In this document: in pieces, positions 12,083 to 40,227 of the stretch
Position numbering within the stretch: position 1 is the first letter of the stretch
Layout: every line of letters begins with the position of its first letter
Assembly: GCA_965153285.1 (NCBI GenBank)
Contig: OZ229117.1
Strand: one strand, 5' to 3'
Length of the DNA stretch: 64,000 bases
From: Podarcis tiliguerta
Taxonomy: Eukaryota
Translations under genes and position numbers: made by a program
Notes under the pieces: generated by a model
Told to the model about the DNA's origin: nothing
Seen by the model: the letters and a program-made list of their open reading frames with translations, nothing else
The model's database searches: none

Positions 12083-12710
12083 TCATAGAATCATAGACTT
12101 GTAGAGTTAGAAGGGGTCCTGAGAGTCATCTCTTCCAACCCCCTGCAATCCAGGGATCTCAACTAAAGTACCCATGCCAGATGGCCATCCAAGCTCTGCC
12201 TAAAAATCTCCAAGAAAGGCGAGTACACCAAGCAATGCTGGATTACCAAATAGGCAGAAGAGGCACCGGTCTATGGGACCCATGCCTTTTAGGGGCCCAA
12301 TGACAACAGGTAAAATAATATTGATTTGATCTTGAAAGAAAATTACAATCAGGCTTTCTTAGTTCAATGCTATCCCTCTAGAGTGGGGGTGGTGGGGAGA
12401 TTTCGACTGCCTAGGGGCCTCGGCAGGATTTAATCCAGCACTGCTTCCAAAGGAGTCTGTTCTCTTAGTACCATCAGAAAGTTCTTCCTGATGTTTAGTT
12501 GGATATTGGAATATCCTTTCTTGTATCTGGAAGCCATTGGTTCCGGTCCTACCCTCTGGAGCTGGAGAAAACAACCTGGCTCCATCCTCCATGTGACAGC
12601 CCTTTAGATATTTGAAGATGGCTATCATATCTCTTCTCAGTTTCCTCTTTAGCAGGTTAAACATACCCAGCTCCCTCAATTGTTCCTCGTAAGGCTCGGT
12701 TTCCTGACCC
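12083..12710 (-). mobile_element. CR1 LINE 3' end with ORF2 C-terminal remnant, interrupted by a MITE at 12233-12443
   Basis: (ATTCTATG)-type tail on the minus strand. The ORF-track peptide RELGMFNLLKRKLRRDMIAIFKYLKGCH..GARLFS....GRT matches the CR1 ORF2 C-terminus. The inner element has TIRs CAATGCTGGATTA / TAATCCAGCACTG. Confidence 0.85.
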
Positions 12711-13405
12711 TTTGTGCATTAGGTGGAAAACTTGTCTCATGGGAACTATTTGTGTGTGTGCAGTTTGAGAATAAGGGATTATCAGTAAGGAGCTAGATTG
12801 TTATTTGATAAAGAAATAAATGAGATTTCTCCCTCCTCCCTGGACCCTGTTTCTTCCTGCTTTCTGAAAGAATAATTCTGGGGTGGAGATGCTTGTGGAT
12901 TGGGAGGGCCGTCAATACAGATGGGAAGCCTAGACCAGACACTGGGGGGCGCTGGTATCCAGCAACAGGAAAGAGAGAAGCAGCTTTGCCTTGGTGGACA
13001 GCAAGACTTAACCCTGAGCCAGCCAGGATCCAAGCCCTGCCTGTGACATGTTGCCAGTGACAGAGCCCACGTGAAATCCTCTCAAAGAAGCATTGGGTGC
13101 CCTTGAGCACGTACAGAGTCCTGCCAAGAGTTCCCAGCCAAGCACCCAGCATCCCTCTGTGATTTAAGGGCTGGGCTTGCAGATAGGAAGATATCATCAG
13201 GCCTAGGCTGGCTGCTGGCGATCAGCCCCCTCTCCTTGTATTTTACTGGCTATGGGAGCAGGGAGGATGCTGAACCACTGCGAGGCCAATTGTCGACCTC
13301 CCTGCTTCCAGCACCAGCATATTTCTTGGGCAGGGTAAATGAGTGAGTGGCTGTGGGCCTTCCCGCCTTCAGTTGTATACAGGTGAAGCGGACCTTGGTG
13401 GGGGA

Positions 13406-13732
13406 CAGGGCCGGATTTAGGTTTGATGAGGCCCTAAGCTACTGAATGTAATGGGGCCCTTTATATGTCCAGCTGTCCTTTGTCAACAACAAATTGTCAC
13501 AGTTTTTTGTGTTGAATATATGCTATATGCAGGGCCCATTACTTACATCATAGGAGCCTACACAACACAAACACTGTTGCTGTATGTAGGTTTTATTTTA
13601 TTATATTTCTTTTTTATCTTATATTTTGGAAATGTACATCCAGGTGTTTTTTTCTTTAGTTTTTTTGGGGGCCCCCAAGAGAGTGGGGCCCTAAGCTATA
13701 GCTTGTTTAGCTTATATCTCAATCCGGCACTG
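13406..13732. mobile_element. hAT-type MITE, 327 bp
   Basis: TIRs CAGGGCCGGATT / AATCCGGCACTG and a perfect 8-bp TSD GTGGGGGA (13398-13405, 13733-13740). Confidence 0.9.
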
Positions 13733-14929
13733 GTGGGGGAGCGTTGCCTCCGAAGGGACCCACCCGTTCCCCTGGCAAGGAGCTCCTGCTTTTTGCAGCC
13801 TGCTGTGGTTCTCGCCTGTCAGAGAGGGGGCAGCCTTTCCTCCCCCCCCCCCCACACTTAGGGAAGAGGTCAGCAGTCTCCCTCCACAGGCCTTTGTTCT
13901 CCCCCAGGAATTGCAACGACAACCCAGACACAAAGGAGGGCGTAGGGGGGAAATGACAGGAAACAGATCTGTGGGGCCCCTCCCCATCTCCCCACCCAGG
14001 AAAAGGGGGAGAGTAGGGAGAGGCAGCTTCCTGCCCGAGCTGGCTGAACAAAGGGGAGGCGGGCGGGGAGCCTCCTCGCTCTCTCCTCCTGCGCACCTCG
14101 GACCACGAAAGGGCTTTTGTTCTGCCGACTTTCCTCACCACCACCCGCATCATCTCCCCCCACTTAGGCGATGGCCCATCGCCCGTAGCCGCCCTTGTTC
14201 CCGGTTGGATGGCCTTCAGTTCCCCTTGCAAATTGCAAGCAGCCGAGGAAGAGAGACCCACGACGAGGCCCCACCCAGCGGGCAGGGGCGGGCTGGGCAC
14301 TGCTGAGTCAGGGGGGTTCGCCCAGCTGGCAGTTAGTCAGCAGCAGGAGAGCACAGAGGCTGCGGGCAAAGAGTTGGCCAAGCGGCGAAAGGTTCGAAGG
14401 AAGCGCCCGTCATCAGAGCCTCTAGGCGGCTCACCGGAAGGAAACACGCGTGTTCAAAACCGATTGTTAAAAGCACCCCAACCTCAGCAAAATACACAGA
14501 GCTTCAATGCAGGATGGCCCCTCTAAAATATATATATATCCCTCTGTCTTCAAAGGGCTGGGTGGGCGGTCGTGATATCAAGACAAGCGGAGAAGCCCCC
14601 AGTCACAAAGCAGAGCGTGCTGTCTGGCTGGGGAAGAAGGAAAGAGGCGCGCCAAGGAAGGATGCTTTGGCGACCCCGTCCGAGGCCATCAAAGGCAAAT
14701 CCAGGACTGGGGCGAGGCTGAAACTTGAGACCTGATAACAAAGATGCCCCCCACCCAAGAGACATCCCAGGAAAGTGGCTGTCCCCCTCACGCACCCCCA
14801 GGTACCGCAGCGGCCCACCCGCCCCACTCTGGGATGTGAACCTCCAAGTCGCTTCAGGCAACAGCCTGGGATGCCTCCTGCATCAGCCGCCTCCCCTGGG
14901 CCTTTTCTTTTGCACGGGCCTTTTCCTCG

Positions 14930-15263
14930 ATGCCGGCTTGCGGGCGGGGCGGGGCGGGCCATTCCCTGCCCCAGCCTGGCCGCCCGCTTTGTGCCAGGCA
15001 GCGCGGCTCTGGCCGGCGCCGAGGGATGCGCTGCTGGTGCTGATGCTGCAGGGATGTTGCAGTATTTTGCGGCGGCGCCTCCTGATTGGCCGCGGCGTCG
15101 GCGCTGACGTCAGCGCCCCGGCCTGGGTGCAGCGGGAGGCGCCTATAAAACCCGCCGGCAGCAGCCTGGACGCCTCCGCCAGCCGCTCCGCCAGCTGCAG
15201 CCGCCGCCCACCCACCCGCCTGCCTGCCCGCAGCCGCCCCCCCGTAGCACCAGCCGCAGCAGC
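14930..15263 (+). promoter_or_regulatory. TUBB3 CpG-island promoter: GC boxes, inverted CCAAT, palindromic CRE, TATA
   Basis: Tandem GGGCGG at ~14942-14958; ATTGG at 15085-15089; TGACGTCA at 15105-15112 inside an 18-bp palindrome; TATAAAA at 15144-15150. High CpG density over ~14900-15700. Confidence 0.85.
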
Positions 15264-22832
<7,569 letters not shown>

Positions 22833-23175
22833 AGGGCTGGGGCCACAGGCAGCACTTGGGTTCCTCCCAGTGAGGGCCAGGCAGTGACATGGGCCTGTCG
22901 TTCATCGCCGTCCATCTTTGCTACTCATTTGCTGAGTTGTAGACAACCAGCTTCTAGTTGCTTCTGATTCAAGGGTTCCAAAACTTAAAAGCTGTTCAGT
23001 ATTTAACCCCCTTCCTCCTCCTCCTCCTCTCCCCCCCCGCCCTATATTCCCTCTCCTTTGCCCCCCAAGTCTTATAAGTTAGTGCAGCTCCCTCTGTCCA
23101 TGACTTTGATAACTTCAAGGGCCCTGGTCTTTATTTTTTACTGGTCTGTGTCTATTTTTATGTTTTGGAATACTT

Positions 23176-23181
23176 AATAAA
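23176..23181 (+). terminator. TUBB3 polyadenylation signal AATAAA
   Basis: U-rich 3'UTR ending in TACTTAATAAATCTATTGCTGTC, about 345 nt after the stop. Confidence 0.75.
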
Positions 23182-24569
23182 TCTATTGCTGTCCAGCATC
23201 TCGGGTGTCCCCTTTCTCTCATTTGGGATAGGGGAGCATGTTTGTGAAGTGGGGAGGGGTTGGAGTGCTGGGTAAAGGAACTGAATGAATGTTGTGGTGT
23301 GGCACAACCACTCCCTTGGAGAGTGTTGGTGTGTGTCTGTCTAGTGCAGCCTTCCACAAGCTGGTGTCTTCCTGGTGCTTTGGACTACACCTTCCCTCAG
23401 CCCCAGCTAGCACAGTCACGGGTCAGGGGTGATGTGGGTTGGAATCCAAAACATCTAGAGGGCTCCAGATTGAAGAACACTGGACTAGAAGGCAAACACC
23501 AGCTGGAAGTCAATCACACACAGTGTTGCTTGGCAACTGAGGGCAAGCATCAAGGTCCAGGCTTGGCTTTTGAACTATCCACCTTGCCGTGTTTCCAACC
23601 AGAGAAATTCAGCAATTGCACTTAAGGTGGTCACTTTAAAAACACACACACCCCAACAACTTTAGACAATTTCATGCAGGCCAATCAGTGGTTACTAATG
23701 AAAACAGCTTCATATTCAAAGAGGGGTGTGCTTTGGGATAGAAATTCAGGCCTCCCCTCTTATCAGCAGAATGAGTGGGAGGTCCCTTACATGCAACAGA
23801 ATGGCCTTGCCATAATTGGAAAGTAAGTAACACATTCCTCTATGAGCAGGAGGGCCATGAAGTCCAGCATCTAAAATGATTGAACACCACTGCTATGCTT
23901 AGAACAGTTGCCTCCCAGATCCTGGGGTCAAGCTGGGAGGAGCTATGAAATGGTCACTGCTGCAGGAGGTAGCTGCGCATCTGGCTCTGCTTAAGAACTG
24001 ATTTACTCACAGGACTGGCTTCAGCACATGGTGAGCCTTTGGCCAAGAACTCCCCTCTCACCTGAATGTGCTTATATAGGCCATAAGTTGTGGGACTGGG
24101 TCAAGAGAGAGACAATGTGCAGCTTCCCACTTGGGTGGCAGATGGTTAGGAATGAGCACTTGCCTGCGGGTGTTGTGACACTGGTGTGACTCCTCTCAAT
24201 GGGCCCCTCAGTTAGCTGAGCCTCAAGAAATGCCTAGTGAGAAGGCTGGCTCTTGGCAGCAGCTGTGATCTGCGGGGCGAATCCTAAAGTGAGGATTGGC
24301 TCAGTGATGTAGGTGGGGCACACCAGATGTCTTCAGGGTGATGGAACAGCCTATTCTAATGCCCCACCTACATGGCTGATGGGAATGACACCAGGCAGAA
24401 TGCAGACCTTACCCCAAAAATAGTAAGAGAGAATTTTGCACTGGAAAGAACACACTCCTGCCTCTAATGACAACTGCTTAGATTCAAATGTTTGCTGCAA
24501 CAGTGGACCACCTATGTAACTTACCACAGAATAACCCGAAGCTATGATCACTCTTGGAATCCAGTTGAA

Positions 24570-24682
24570 CCAGCTTTCACCAACCTGGTGGTCTCCAGAC
24601 ATTGTTGGACTACAACTCCCATCAGCGCTGACGGGAGCTTTAGTCCAACGACATCTGGAGACCACCAGGTTGAAGACTCTAG
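24570..24682. mobile_element. Short palindromic hAT-like MITE (ACTACAACTCCCATCAG family)
   Basis: CAACCTGGTGGTCTCCAGA...TCTGGAGACCACCAGGTTG fold-back. Related degenerate copies at ~20500, 23370, 29780, 33190, 45520, 46950, 55260 and 63840. Confidence 0.75.
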
Positions 24683-25012
24683 GATAGCAGTCCATATTTC
24701 TACCTTACTATGGTCCTGCTGCTGCAGACTATGGCAGTCTTTCTGGAAGTTCCTTCTGAGCAGTGTCCTGCAGGATGGCCCTCAGCAGCACCATATCAAA
24801 GATGCCTCCTGGGACCCACTCAACATTGCTGAGGTCCAATGGTGTATTCTGCACTCTTTAACCCGCCACGCTGGCATTCTCAGGAAGGTGCCTTATTCTG
24901 AGTCATTCTGCCATCTCGCTCAGCACTGTAGACTACGGCTCCCAAGGTTTTCAGACGCAAGGGGTTTATTTCCTGCCAGACACAAAGATGCTGCTGATTG
25001 AACATCAGGCTA

Positions 25013-25616
25013 TGTGATGGCCTGTAACTCGGAGCCAGAGGAGTCTCAGTCCACATTGGATCCTTTGCCTCAGGTGGCATCTGAACCAAGTCTGGGGCCT
25101 GATTCTGAAGAGCCCCAGTCTGCACAGGTTCCCCTGCAACAAGCACCAGCTGGGCCGAGTCAGGGGCCTGAGCCTGCCCTGGCTCCAGATGCTGGGATTA
25201 CCTCATTGCCTTCAGCTGGGCAATCACTTACAGCTGCTCCACTACCAATTGGGTCAGGAGAGGCTGAGGCAACCTCTGGGTCTAGTAACCCACCGACATC
25301 TCCAGAGCTGCAGAGGCTGAGGTCTGAGAGAAGGAGAGACCTAAGTACTCACAGGAGGAGTGCTCACCTTCGGGTGAGACAGGGAGGTGAGTCACTGGGG
25401 GATCAGGACCCCAACAGAGATAAAAGGCTGCTGGACCCCGCCCCAGGTTGAGGGAGCAACGTTGCTGTTTGCCAGAACCTGCCTGTAATCCTGTGCCTTG
25501 CCTGGTTTCCTGCCTCGTGTCCCTCCTTGGCCCTGTCGGACTGACTCCTCGCGGAACCCTTGGATTTGGGACCAGACCTGGACCATGTTACTCGGCTTAC
25601 CCCCGGGCCTAGCACA
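25013..25616 (+). mobile_element. Solo LTR (~604 bp), probably Gypsy/ERV-like, inserted in a tRNA SINE
   Basis: TG...CA termini with short inverted ends TGTGATGGCC / GGCCTAGCACA, 5-bp TSD GGCTA/GGCTG, and an internal GATAAAAG TATA-like box at ~25420. The flanks rejoin into a SINE head (GATTGAAC...|...GCAAAACATATGCTCTACCACT). Confidence 0.7.
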
Positions 25617-26549
25617 GGCTGCCTGCCTGCAAAACATATGCTCTACCACTAAGTTTATGACACTTCCCCTGGGAACACAAGAAGCCACCATATACCGAGT
25701 CAGGCCATTGATCCATCTAGCTCAGTATTGCTCACACTGATTGACAGCTCTCTGGGATTTCAGGCAGGAATCTCTCTCCCATACCTGGAGACACCAGGGA
25801 TTGAACCTGTTACCTTCCTCATGCATGGAGGTTTTAGCCCCAACTCGAAATGTAAAGGCGAACTTTCTACCTACCACTTTAGGTTATTTTTCTATACATA
25901 TATAATTTGTGTATTATAAATGCACTGCAACAGGATGGGCTTATCTAGTGAAATCTTACTACTTAACATGAATAGAAACAGAAGAAAGCAAAATGAGAAA
26001 CCCTTTCTCAAAGCCATAAAAGATATCTGACGTAACCACAGGTGCCCCACAGCTATGTAAGCTGTTCACCAATGTAACGACAGCCTGGTAGGCTGACTTT
26101 TGAGCAGAGAGAGTGACATGTTCCCTGCCCTTTACCGGTCGCAAGAAGCACCAGGACCTTTCAGGAGCCTCGACTTGTTTCTTGGCATTTGCACCCCGCC
26201 TTTTGTGAGCCGTGCCTGGCGTGGACCACCTTTGGGGTTTGCCGGTGGGTCATGCTCCAGCCACAAAGACCATCCCATCCTCCTCTCTCCTTGTCCTTGC
26301 ATAGCCTTAGGAAGGGCTCTCTCGGGCCTCTTTTGCGAGACAGACACAGACTCCCTACACATCTAGAACTTTTATTCACTCCCTTTTTTCAGGACCTCGC
26401 AAGAAAAGCCCGAAAGGATCCCTTAGTGCAAATCAATTAAATGAAATGGGGCGGTGGCCGCGGAAAAGGGCTCCCAGTACTTCTGCCCTGGTGTTTTTAC
26501 ATTAGTCAAAGATTGTCCGTAGTCAAGGTCTTGTTTGAGGGAGGACTGA

Positions 26550-27420
26550 CAGCTGTCTTTGCTCGGGGCTTGCGCGGTCTGCACTGCAGGGAAGCGGGCT
26601 GCTCCGAGCCAGGTTGCCGAACCCCCTATCCTCTAGGAAGCGTATCTCCTTTTCAATTTGCAAGGGCTTGTCTCGGGCCCTGCAAAGGGACCCGCAGGCC
26701 TTTCTGCAGCGGCGCCCCCTCCCGGGCCTTGGAGGCGCCGCCGCGCCGCGGCTTCTCCAGGCCGCGCGGGGGCAGCAGCGAGCCGGTCCGCGCGGGCCTG
26801 TTTAGGCGGCGCTCGTCGCTGGCCAAGGCTTGGCTGGGGGCGCCCCGCCGAGTTGCCATGTAGCGAGCCGAAGAAACGGCGCGTCCGGGCCGGGCAGAGG
26901 CGCGGGCAGCCGGGCCGGGCCAGGCCGCATCCCCCCCACCCACCCCCATGGGCGCGCAGGTAAGGGCCGCGGAGCGCAGGGGGCTCTTCCGGGCTTCTCA
27001 CCCTCGGGAAAGGGGGTCCCTGGGGTCGCGGCGTGGGGGGGGGTGTTAGGCGCTCCCCTCTCTCGCTGCGCCCCTCGCCGCCGCCTCGGATCTCCAGGGA
27101 GCCTCGGTTTCCCCGGCTGCCAACCTTTCAGGTCGATTGAGGCGGGGTAGGAAGCGGCTCGGGGTTGCTTGAGGACGCGGCTCCCCACCCCCACCCTCGA
27201 AAGTGGGAGAAAAAAGCCCTGCACCTCCTTCCCCTCCCCCTCCCGCGCCTCGAGATTTGGCTCTTCTGCTCCCCACGCAGGACCCTCTTCCCTCCTTCGA
27301 CCCGGCAAGAGACTCCGCCGCCCGGTGGGACACAGCAGGTCTTGAGCGTGCAGCCTGGCTCACTTGCTGAAGCCCTCTGGCTTTGCTCCTGGTCGTGACT
27401 TCCCTCTGGGACCGCCCTTC
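26550..27420 (+). promoter_or_regulatory. DEF8 CpG-island promoter and putative non-coding exon 1 (donor CAG|GTAAGG at 26960)
   Basis: Very high GC/CpG content, a consensus donor at 26959/26960, and the first coding exon acceptor at 30400/30401. Confidence 0.7.
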
Positions 27421-28104
27421 GCGCCTCCCCCCCCAATAATAATAATATTAACTCAGTTATGGGCCCCTTCTGATCTAGGGATCCGCTCCCAGGGATCTCT
27501 GCGTTTGTTTTTGTTGTTTTCACCCGCCCGAGGCCTCTCGCAGCCTCTTCCAAAAAAGCACGGATCTGAAAGAAAAGCCTGTGAAAACCCGTTTCAAAAC
27601 GTACGCCACACGAAAGAGAAAGGACGTGGAAGGCCATTTAGGGTTGAGAAACCTCATTCTCCCTGCCTTGGAAGTGTGGTTTAATATCCAGATACACTCC
27701 CAAGGGGCAGTAGGGGGTTGCCTTTGGGGCTCCTCTCTTGGCTCTGCAGGTCCCCATTTCTGCTCCCCTGATTCTCACAGCCCACCAGCAACGCCAAGAC
27801 ACTCAGTCCCGGGCACTTCCTCAGTTGCCTCTCTGCCTTCTGCATCTGTTCTTTCATGCTGCTTTGGGTGCCTGGAAATACCCTCTGTGCCAGCTTTTGC
27901 TGCTGCACCAAGCATACATGTGTGCATGTGGTGAGCACCTTGGACACTAACAGCCTCATGTGATCGGTAGGTGCAGAATGTGGGACAAAGGATGCTTTCT
28001 AGCTATGGTAATGGGTTTGCTGGTACACTGGCCTTGCCATCTGATTATCTACAGAAAAGTAGGCTAAGACATGAGCCCACCAGTTGCTTTGGCAGGAAAG
28101 GTCA

Positions 28105-28285
28105 TTGCTCAGTGGTTAGAGCATCTGCTTTGCATGCAGAAGACCCCAGGTCCAATCCCTGATGGTATATCTAGGAAGGGCTGCAAAAGGCTCCTTAATC
28201 TCAGCCCTTGAATAGCAGCTGCCAGTCAGTGTAGACAGTACTGAGCCAGATGTACCAATGGTCTTACTCCTTTGTATATTCCTAT
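28105..28285 (+). mobile_element. tRNA-derived squamate SINE in DEF8 intron 1
   Basis: GCTCAGTGGTTAGAGCATCTGCTTTGCATGCAGAAGACCCCAGGTCCAATCCC head followed by the GTCAGTGTAGACAGTACTGAGC body. Further copies at ~11300, 25690, 41850, 42308 and 50770. Confidence 0.7.
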
Positions 28286-30234
28286 AAGCGTGCAACCAAC
28301 AGTGCCATACCAGGTGCTTTGCACTACAACTTTCATTAGGCTCAGTGAGCACTGCTGTTGCTGCTGTTGGTGGGCACCAAGTTGATGAAGGCTGGTTTAA
28401 TGTGTTCTTCAAAGTGTAATGTTATATGTAGCACAAATTGAGGTATTTCATCAGGTTTACTCATTTTTCAAAAAGAAAAAGATTTTAAAGTCAGCCAGAT
28501 TTTTTTTTTCCTGCTGCTTATATTTTATTTTGTTTATTTTGCTATTTGTAGATTGCCTTTCAGGCTGTTCACATCATATTAAAGGCACAAAATTATACAA
28601 CCCTGAGGTTGTAAATGTTAAATTCTATACACCTAAAAAACTAAAACAGCAGCACCTAAAAAAACAACACAAACAACCAGCAGAATAAAACTCAGCTGGA
28701 AGCAGGAGGTTTTTCTTTTTAAAAAAATGCCTTAGAACAAAGCAAACATCACTTTTCTAAACTGATGTGGACAACCTTAGAGCTCAATTATCAATGTCTT
28801 CATGATGAAAAAAAGGCTTCTTGGATTCTATTTGCGTTGTTTCCTGTGGTTAGTAAAGGGAAGGTGCTAATAGCCCAACAAAGTGAAGATGATGTCATTT
28901 TAAAGGCTCCTTAGAGCACGAGACAGAAGGGAAGAGCAGCTAATGGAAGGTTCTCATATATGCACTTAAATCTCAGTAGGGAAGTTGGAACAGAATGGTA
29001 AAAAGAGATTTGTACAATAACATGCTTGGAAATCTGTATTTCTTTGATAATAGTTATCCTAATAATGATAATAATTTTTGTGTGGTTGTCACCCCACCAA
29101 CTGATTCCTTGCCATCAAGGGACAATGAGACAAGGCTGATTGATGTCATGCTGGTTTCAGATTCATTTAGCTGGCTTTCTTACTAGCCCTTCTCTGAGGG
29201 TCCCTAGATAACCATCAGTGGTCATGTGATGTTATGGACAACTCCATTGTTGGAGGCTCCAATTCCCAAAGAGGAAGGCTAAGCATGGTTACATATAAAA
29301 AGTAGTCTCTCAAGCAAGTGTGGTTGTATGCATCAGGGGTGGTCTTGGCCATGTGAACTACTCTTCGTCAACAGTGTTAGAAACTGGGATAGAAAACTTA
29401 GGAGCCAAATAGCTCCTGGGTTGTGGGCACTTTTAATTTATTATTTTGATAAGCATGAACAAATATGCAATTCTCATAAGTGACACATTGTTAATATAAC
29501 ATTTTAGCAGAAATTGTTAATATATGTTTAATTTGGGGTTTACAATAAAAATATTGGTACCGTACTTCAGTTTTCAAAATATTCTACCCTTTATTGTTAA
29601 ACTCCTTAACATATTGTCTATCCTTAACATATACTTCCAGGCTTCAAAGCACATGCATTTCTGTAATCCTTGAGTATCAGCCAGGCACAAAAAATGGCAC
29701 CCAGACTTTTTGAGGTGCTTGCAAATGGGGAATCTTTAGGTGCAAAATGCGCCTGGTGCCCTGCTAATTTTAGACCCTGTTCCTCAACCTGGTGGCCTCT
29801 GGGTGTTTTGGATTACAACTACCATCAGTCCCTGCCAGCACAGCACAAAGGATTGTATTCAACTAAGTCCTACTCAGAGTACACCCATTATAATTGGTGG
29901 TCATGTCCATTAACTTTGAGGGGCCTACTGTGAGTAAGAGTGGTAGCAAATATGACCACAAATGTCTGAAGGGCACCAGGTTGGGGAAGTTTGATATAGA
30001 CTCCAAGTGGCCAAAGTTTGCCTAGCTGTGCTGTCCACTGGAGTTCTTGGGGATTCCTGGAAGGAACTGGCAGTGACATCATTGTGCAGGAAGGGATGAC
30101 ACCTGACTGATGCACAGGAGCTGCCCGGCTGGATGCCTGCATGACTCTGCACAGTTATTGTGTAGCCATCAAAGGCTGCAGAACTGGCTTTACTACCATC
30201 TGGGGGACAAACAAGCCTGAGAAGGTGCCTATGA

Positions 30235-37913
<7,679 letters not shown>

Positions 37914-38713
37914 AGGTGCCTTTCCTTGGCTGGAGGGAGATGTCACAAAGGAACATGGCAAGCCCAGGATGCTGGGTTTCACCTGTACTTGCCTGGGAGG
38001 AGATCAGCCCAGATTGGCAAGGAGGAGAACCTTCACAGGAGTGCTGCTGGGAATTGCTTCTCTAAAGGTTCCGGGAAATGATGCTGCAGGACAAGTGTCC
38101 TAGACTCTCTCTCACTAGAAGAGCCTTTGAGACTGCTCAGCACATCAGACGTTGCAGACTCTCCCTACCTGAAATCATGAGACTGGGTTCAAGAGAGCAC
38201 TGTCCTCACAGGACACAGGGTTTTGGGTGTGAGGAGGACAAGCTTTTGGGCCAGGGTTTATTCATGGCAGATCCTGCTAGGCTGAAAAACATTGGAGAAA
38301 GGGCCGACTGACTGTGATGCGAAACATTTGCTAGCAGCTTTCCTCTGCTGTTGCTTATTAACGCCACCGCTCTATGGTGGCACATGACATTGAGAGTGCC
38401 CCTGTGGCTTCCGTTTTGACAGTGATACATCAGCATGGAAGATGATCCGAGGCAGGTGGGCTTAGGGATGATATGATATCTAGAATTCATTCCCTCTAAC
38501 TTAGATGCATAAAGTATCTGTGCTGGAGATCGGGTATGTGGGAGAGAAGAGAAGATGCCCTTTTCTTCTTCACCATCCCCATGGCTTTTGGTGATGGCAA
38601 CACAAGGACTGGATGGATGATGAACTTGGAACAGGCCCCAACAGCCAGTGAGAAGAGACTGGAGTGGGGAACTTCAACCACAGTAATTTATCACGAGCAC
38701 TAAAATCACTTTA

Positions 38714-38719
38714 AATAAA
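38714..38719 (+). terminator. DEF8 polyadenylation signal AATAAA
   Basis: AATAAA about 800 nt after the DEF8 stop. Confidence 0.55.
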
Positions 38720-40227
38720 GCCGTGTGAAACTCTGGCTGCATTACTATGATTTTAAGTTCTGCCTGCACAGACCTTGTCTTCTGCAAATATGTTACCTTT
38801 CTTTTCCTCTCCTGGAAGGCTTCAATGTTGCATCCTCTGGAGATATTCAAGACAGTTTGTGGCCAAACATAACGTGAGGGCAGATAGCTAGTGCTATTAC
38901 TTATTAAGATAAATTAACTTGAGATCACATGTCCAAGTAACAGAGACCATGTTGTAAAATGTGATGCATATGTGGTAGTTATCTGCTTTTCATTCTTGGG
39001 GTGCCCTTAGCCCCTTTGTCTCTATCTGAACTAAGGAGCTTCAGGTGCAAGGAAGTTGCAAATACAACGGGTTCATCTTTGGTATGTGTGCAGCTCAGTA
39101 ACTTGCAATTGAACCTGTAAATTGTGTTAACTGTAACATGATTTTATTCAGTGGTCTGAAAGCTCCAAGTGATCTGTTATAGTTGTTTCATAAATGTAAG
39201 TCCATAGCTGGTAAGTAGGCATGTGCAAGTTCAGATGGATTGTAGAGGGATGTGGGAAGAGGAAACATGGGTTTCAACTTCTATCAGCTGGTTGAACAGA
39301 GAGTTATTTTAACATCACAAAGCTGCTATTATCCTAGGCTCAGCCAAGCAGGTACCACAATAGTCCTGCTCCCTTTGGCTTGATACCACAACACAGTGTT
39401 ACCAAAAAAGCTTTCCTTGCCCTACAACAACCTATTGGGCATACTAGGGCAGAAGGGACGAGGTACATATGAGATTTAGCAGGCAGGTAAGAACCAAAGA
39501 ATCCTGCTCTCAACTGACAAAATGGCTATCTAGACTATCATATAGTTTCTCACAGTAACTAACTCCATGCTTCTTGAAAGCCCACAAGCAGGAAATAAGC
39601 ACAAGAGCACTCTCCCTACTTGTGCTCCCCAGCAACTGGTGTTCAGAGGCTGAGCACTTCCAGTATTGGGCTAGCCCCCAGGCATAATGGTTGGTAGCCA
39701 CTGGTAGCCTTATTCTCCATCAATTTGTCTAATCTGCTTTCAAAGCCATCTTGGTTGGTGGCCATTGCTACCATCTTGTGCTAGCAGATTCTATAGTATT
39801 AAAGTACACTGAATTGTGAACAGTGAGAGCTTTTGTAACACGAGGCAGAAGATCTTAATTCTATATATCTCTGAGAAAGTCCTATGTACTGGATTCCTAG
39901 TTCATAGCATTCTTGACACAACCTCCCTCATATTCTGGGGGTTGTACCATCTCTGGCTGACAATGTGAGGGTAAAATGTGGGTGCTGCTGTATCTCCAGT
40001 TGATACAGAAAAAGAAGATGGAAAGACATACTGGACTGAGAAGCCAAGCAGAGGGATTCCTGAGCAAGGGCTGATGGTTAGGGAATGCTCGTTATGCCTT
40101 GGATATTTTCTGTTTCAAGGCTGGCCCTGGACCATTTGAATTAATGAAAAAAATCTGCCTCTGCATAGCTGCAGAGTAAATTTCCCTGAATACTGAGTAG
40201 TCATAATTAGAAAGGTTGCCACTTCAG

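Noticed and set aside
28105-28170. tRNA-like sequences (also ~5390, ~42308 and the Sauria head)
   Set aside because: SINE heads with degenerate stems followed by SINE bodies, not tRNA genes.
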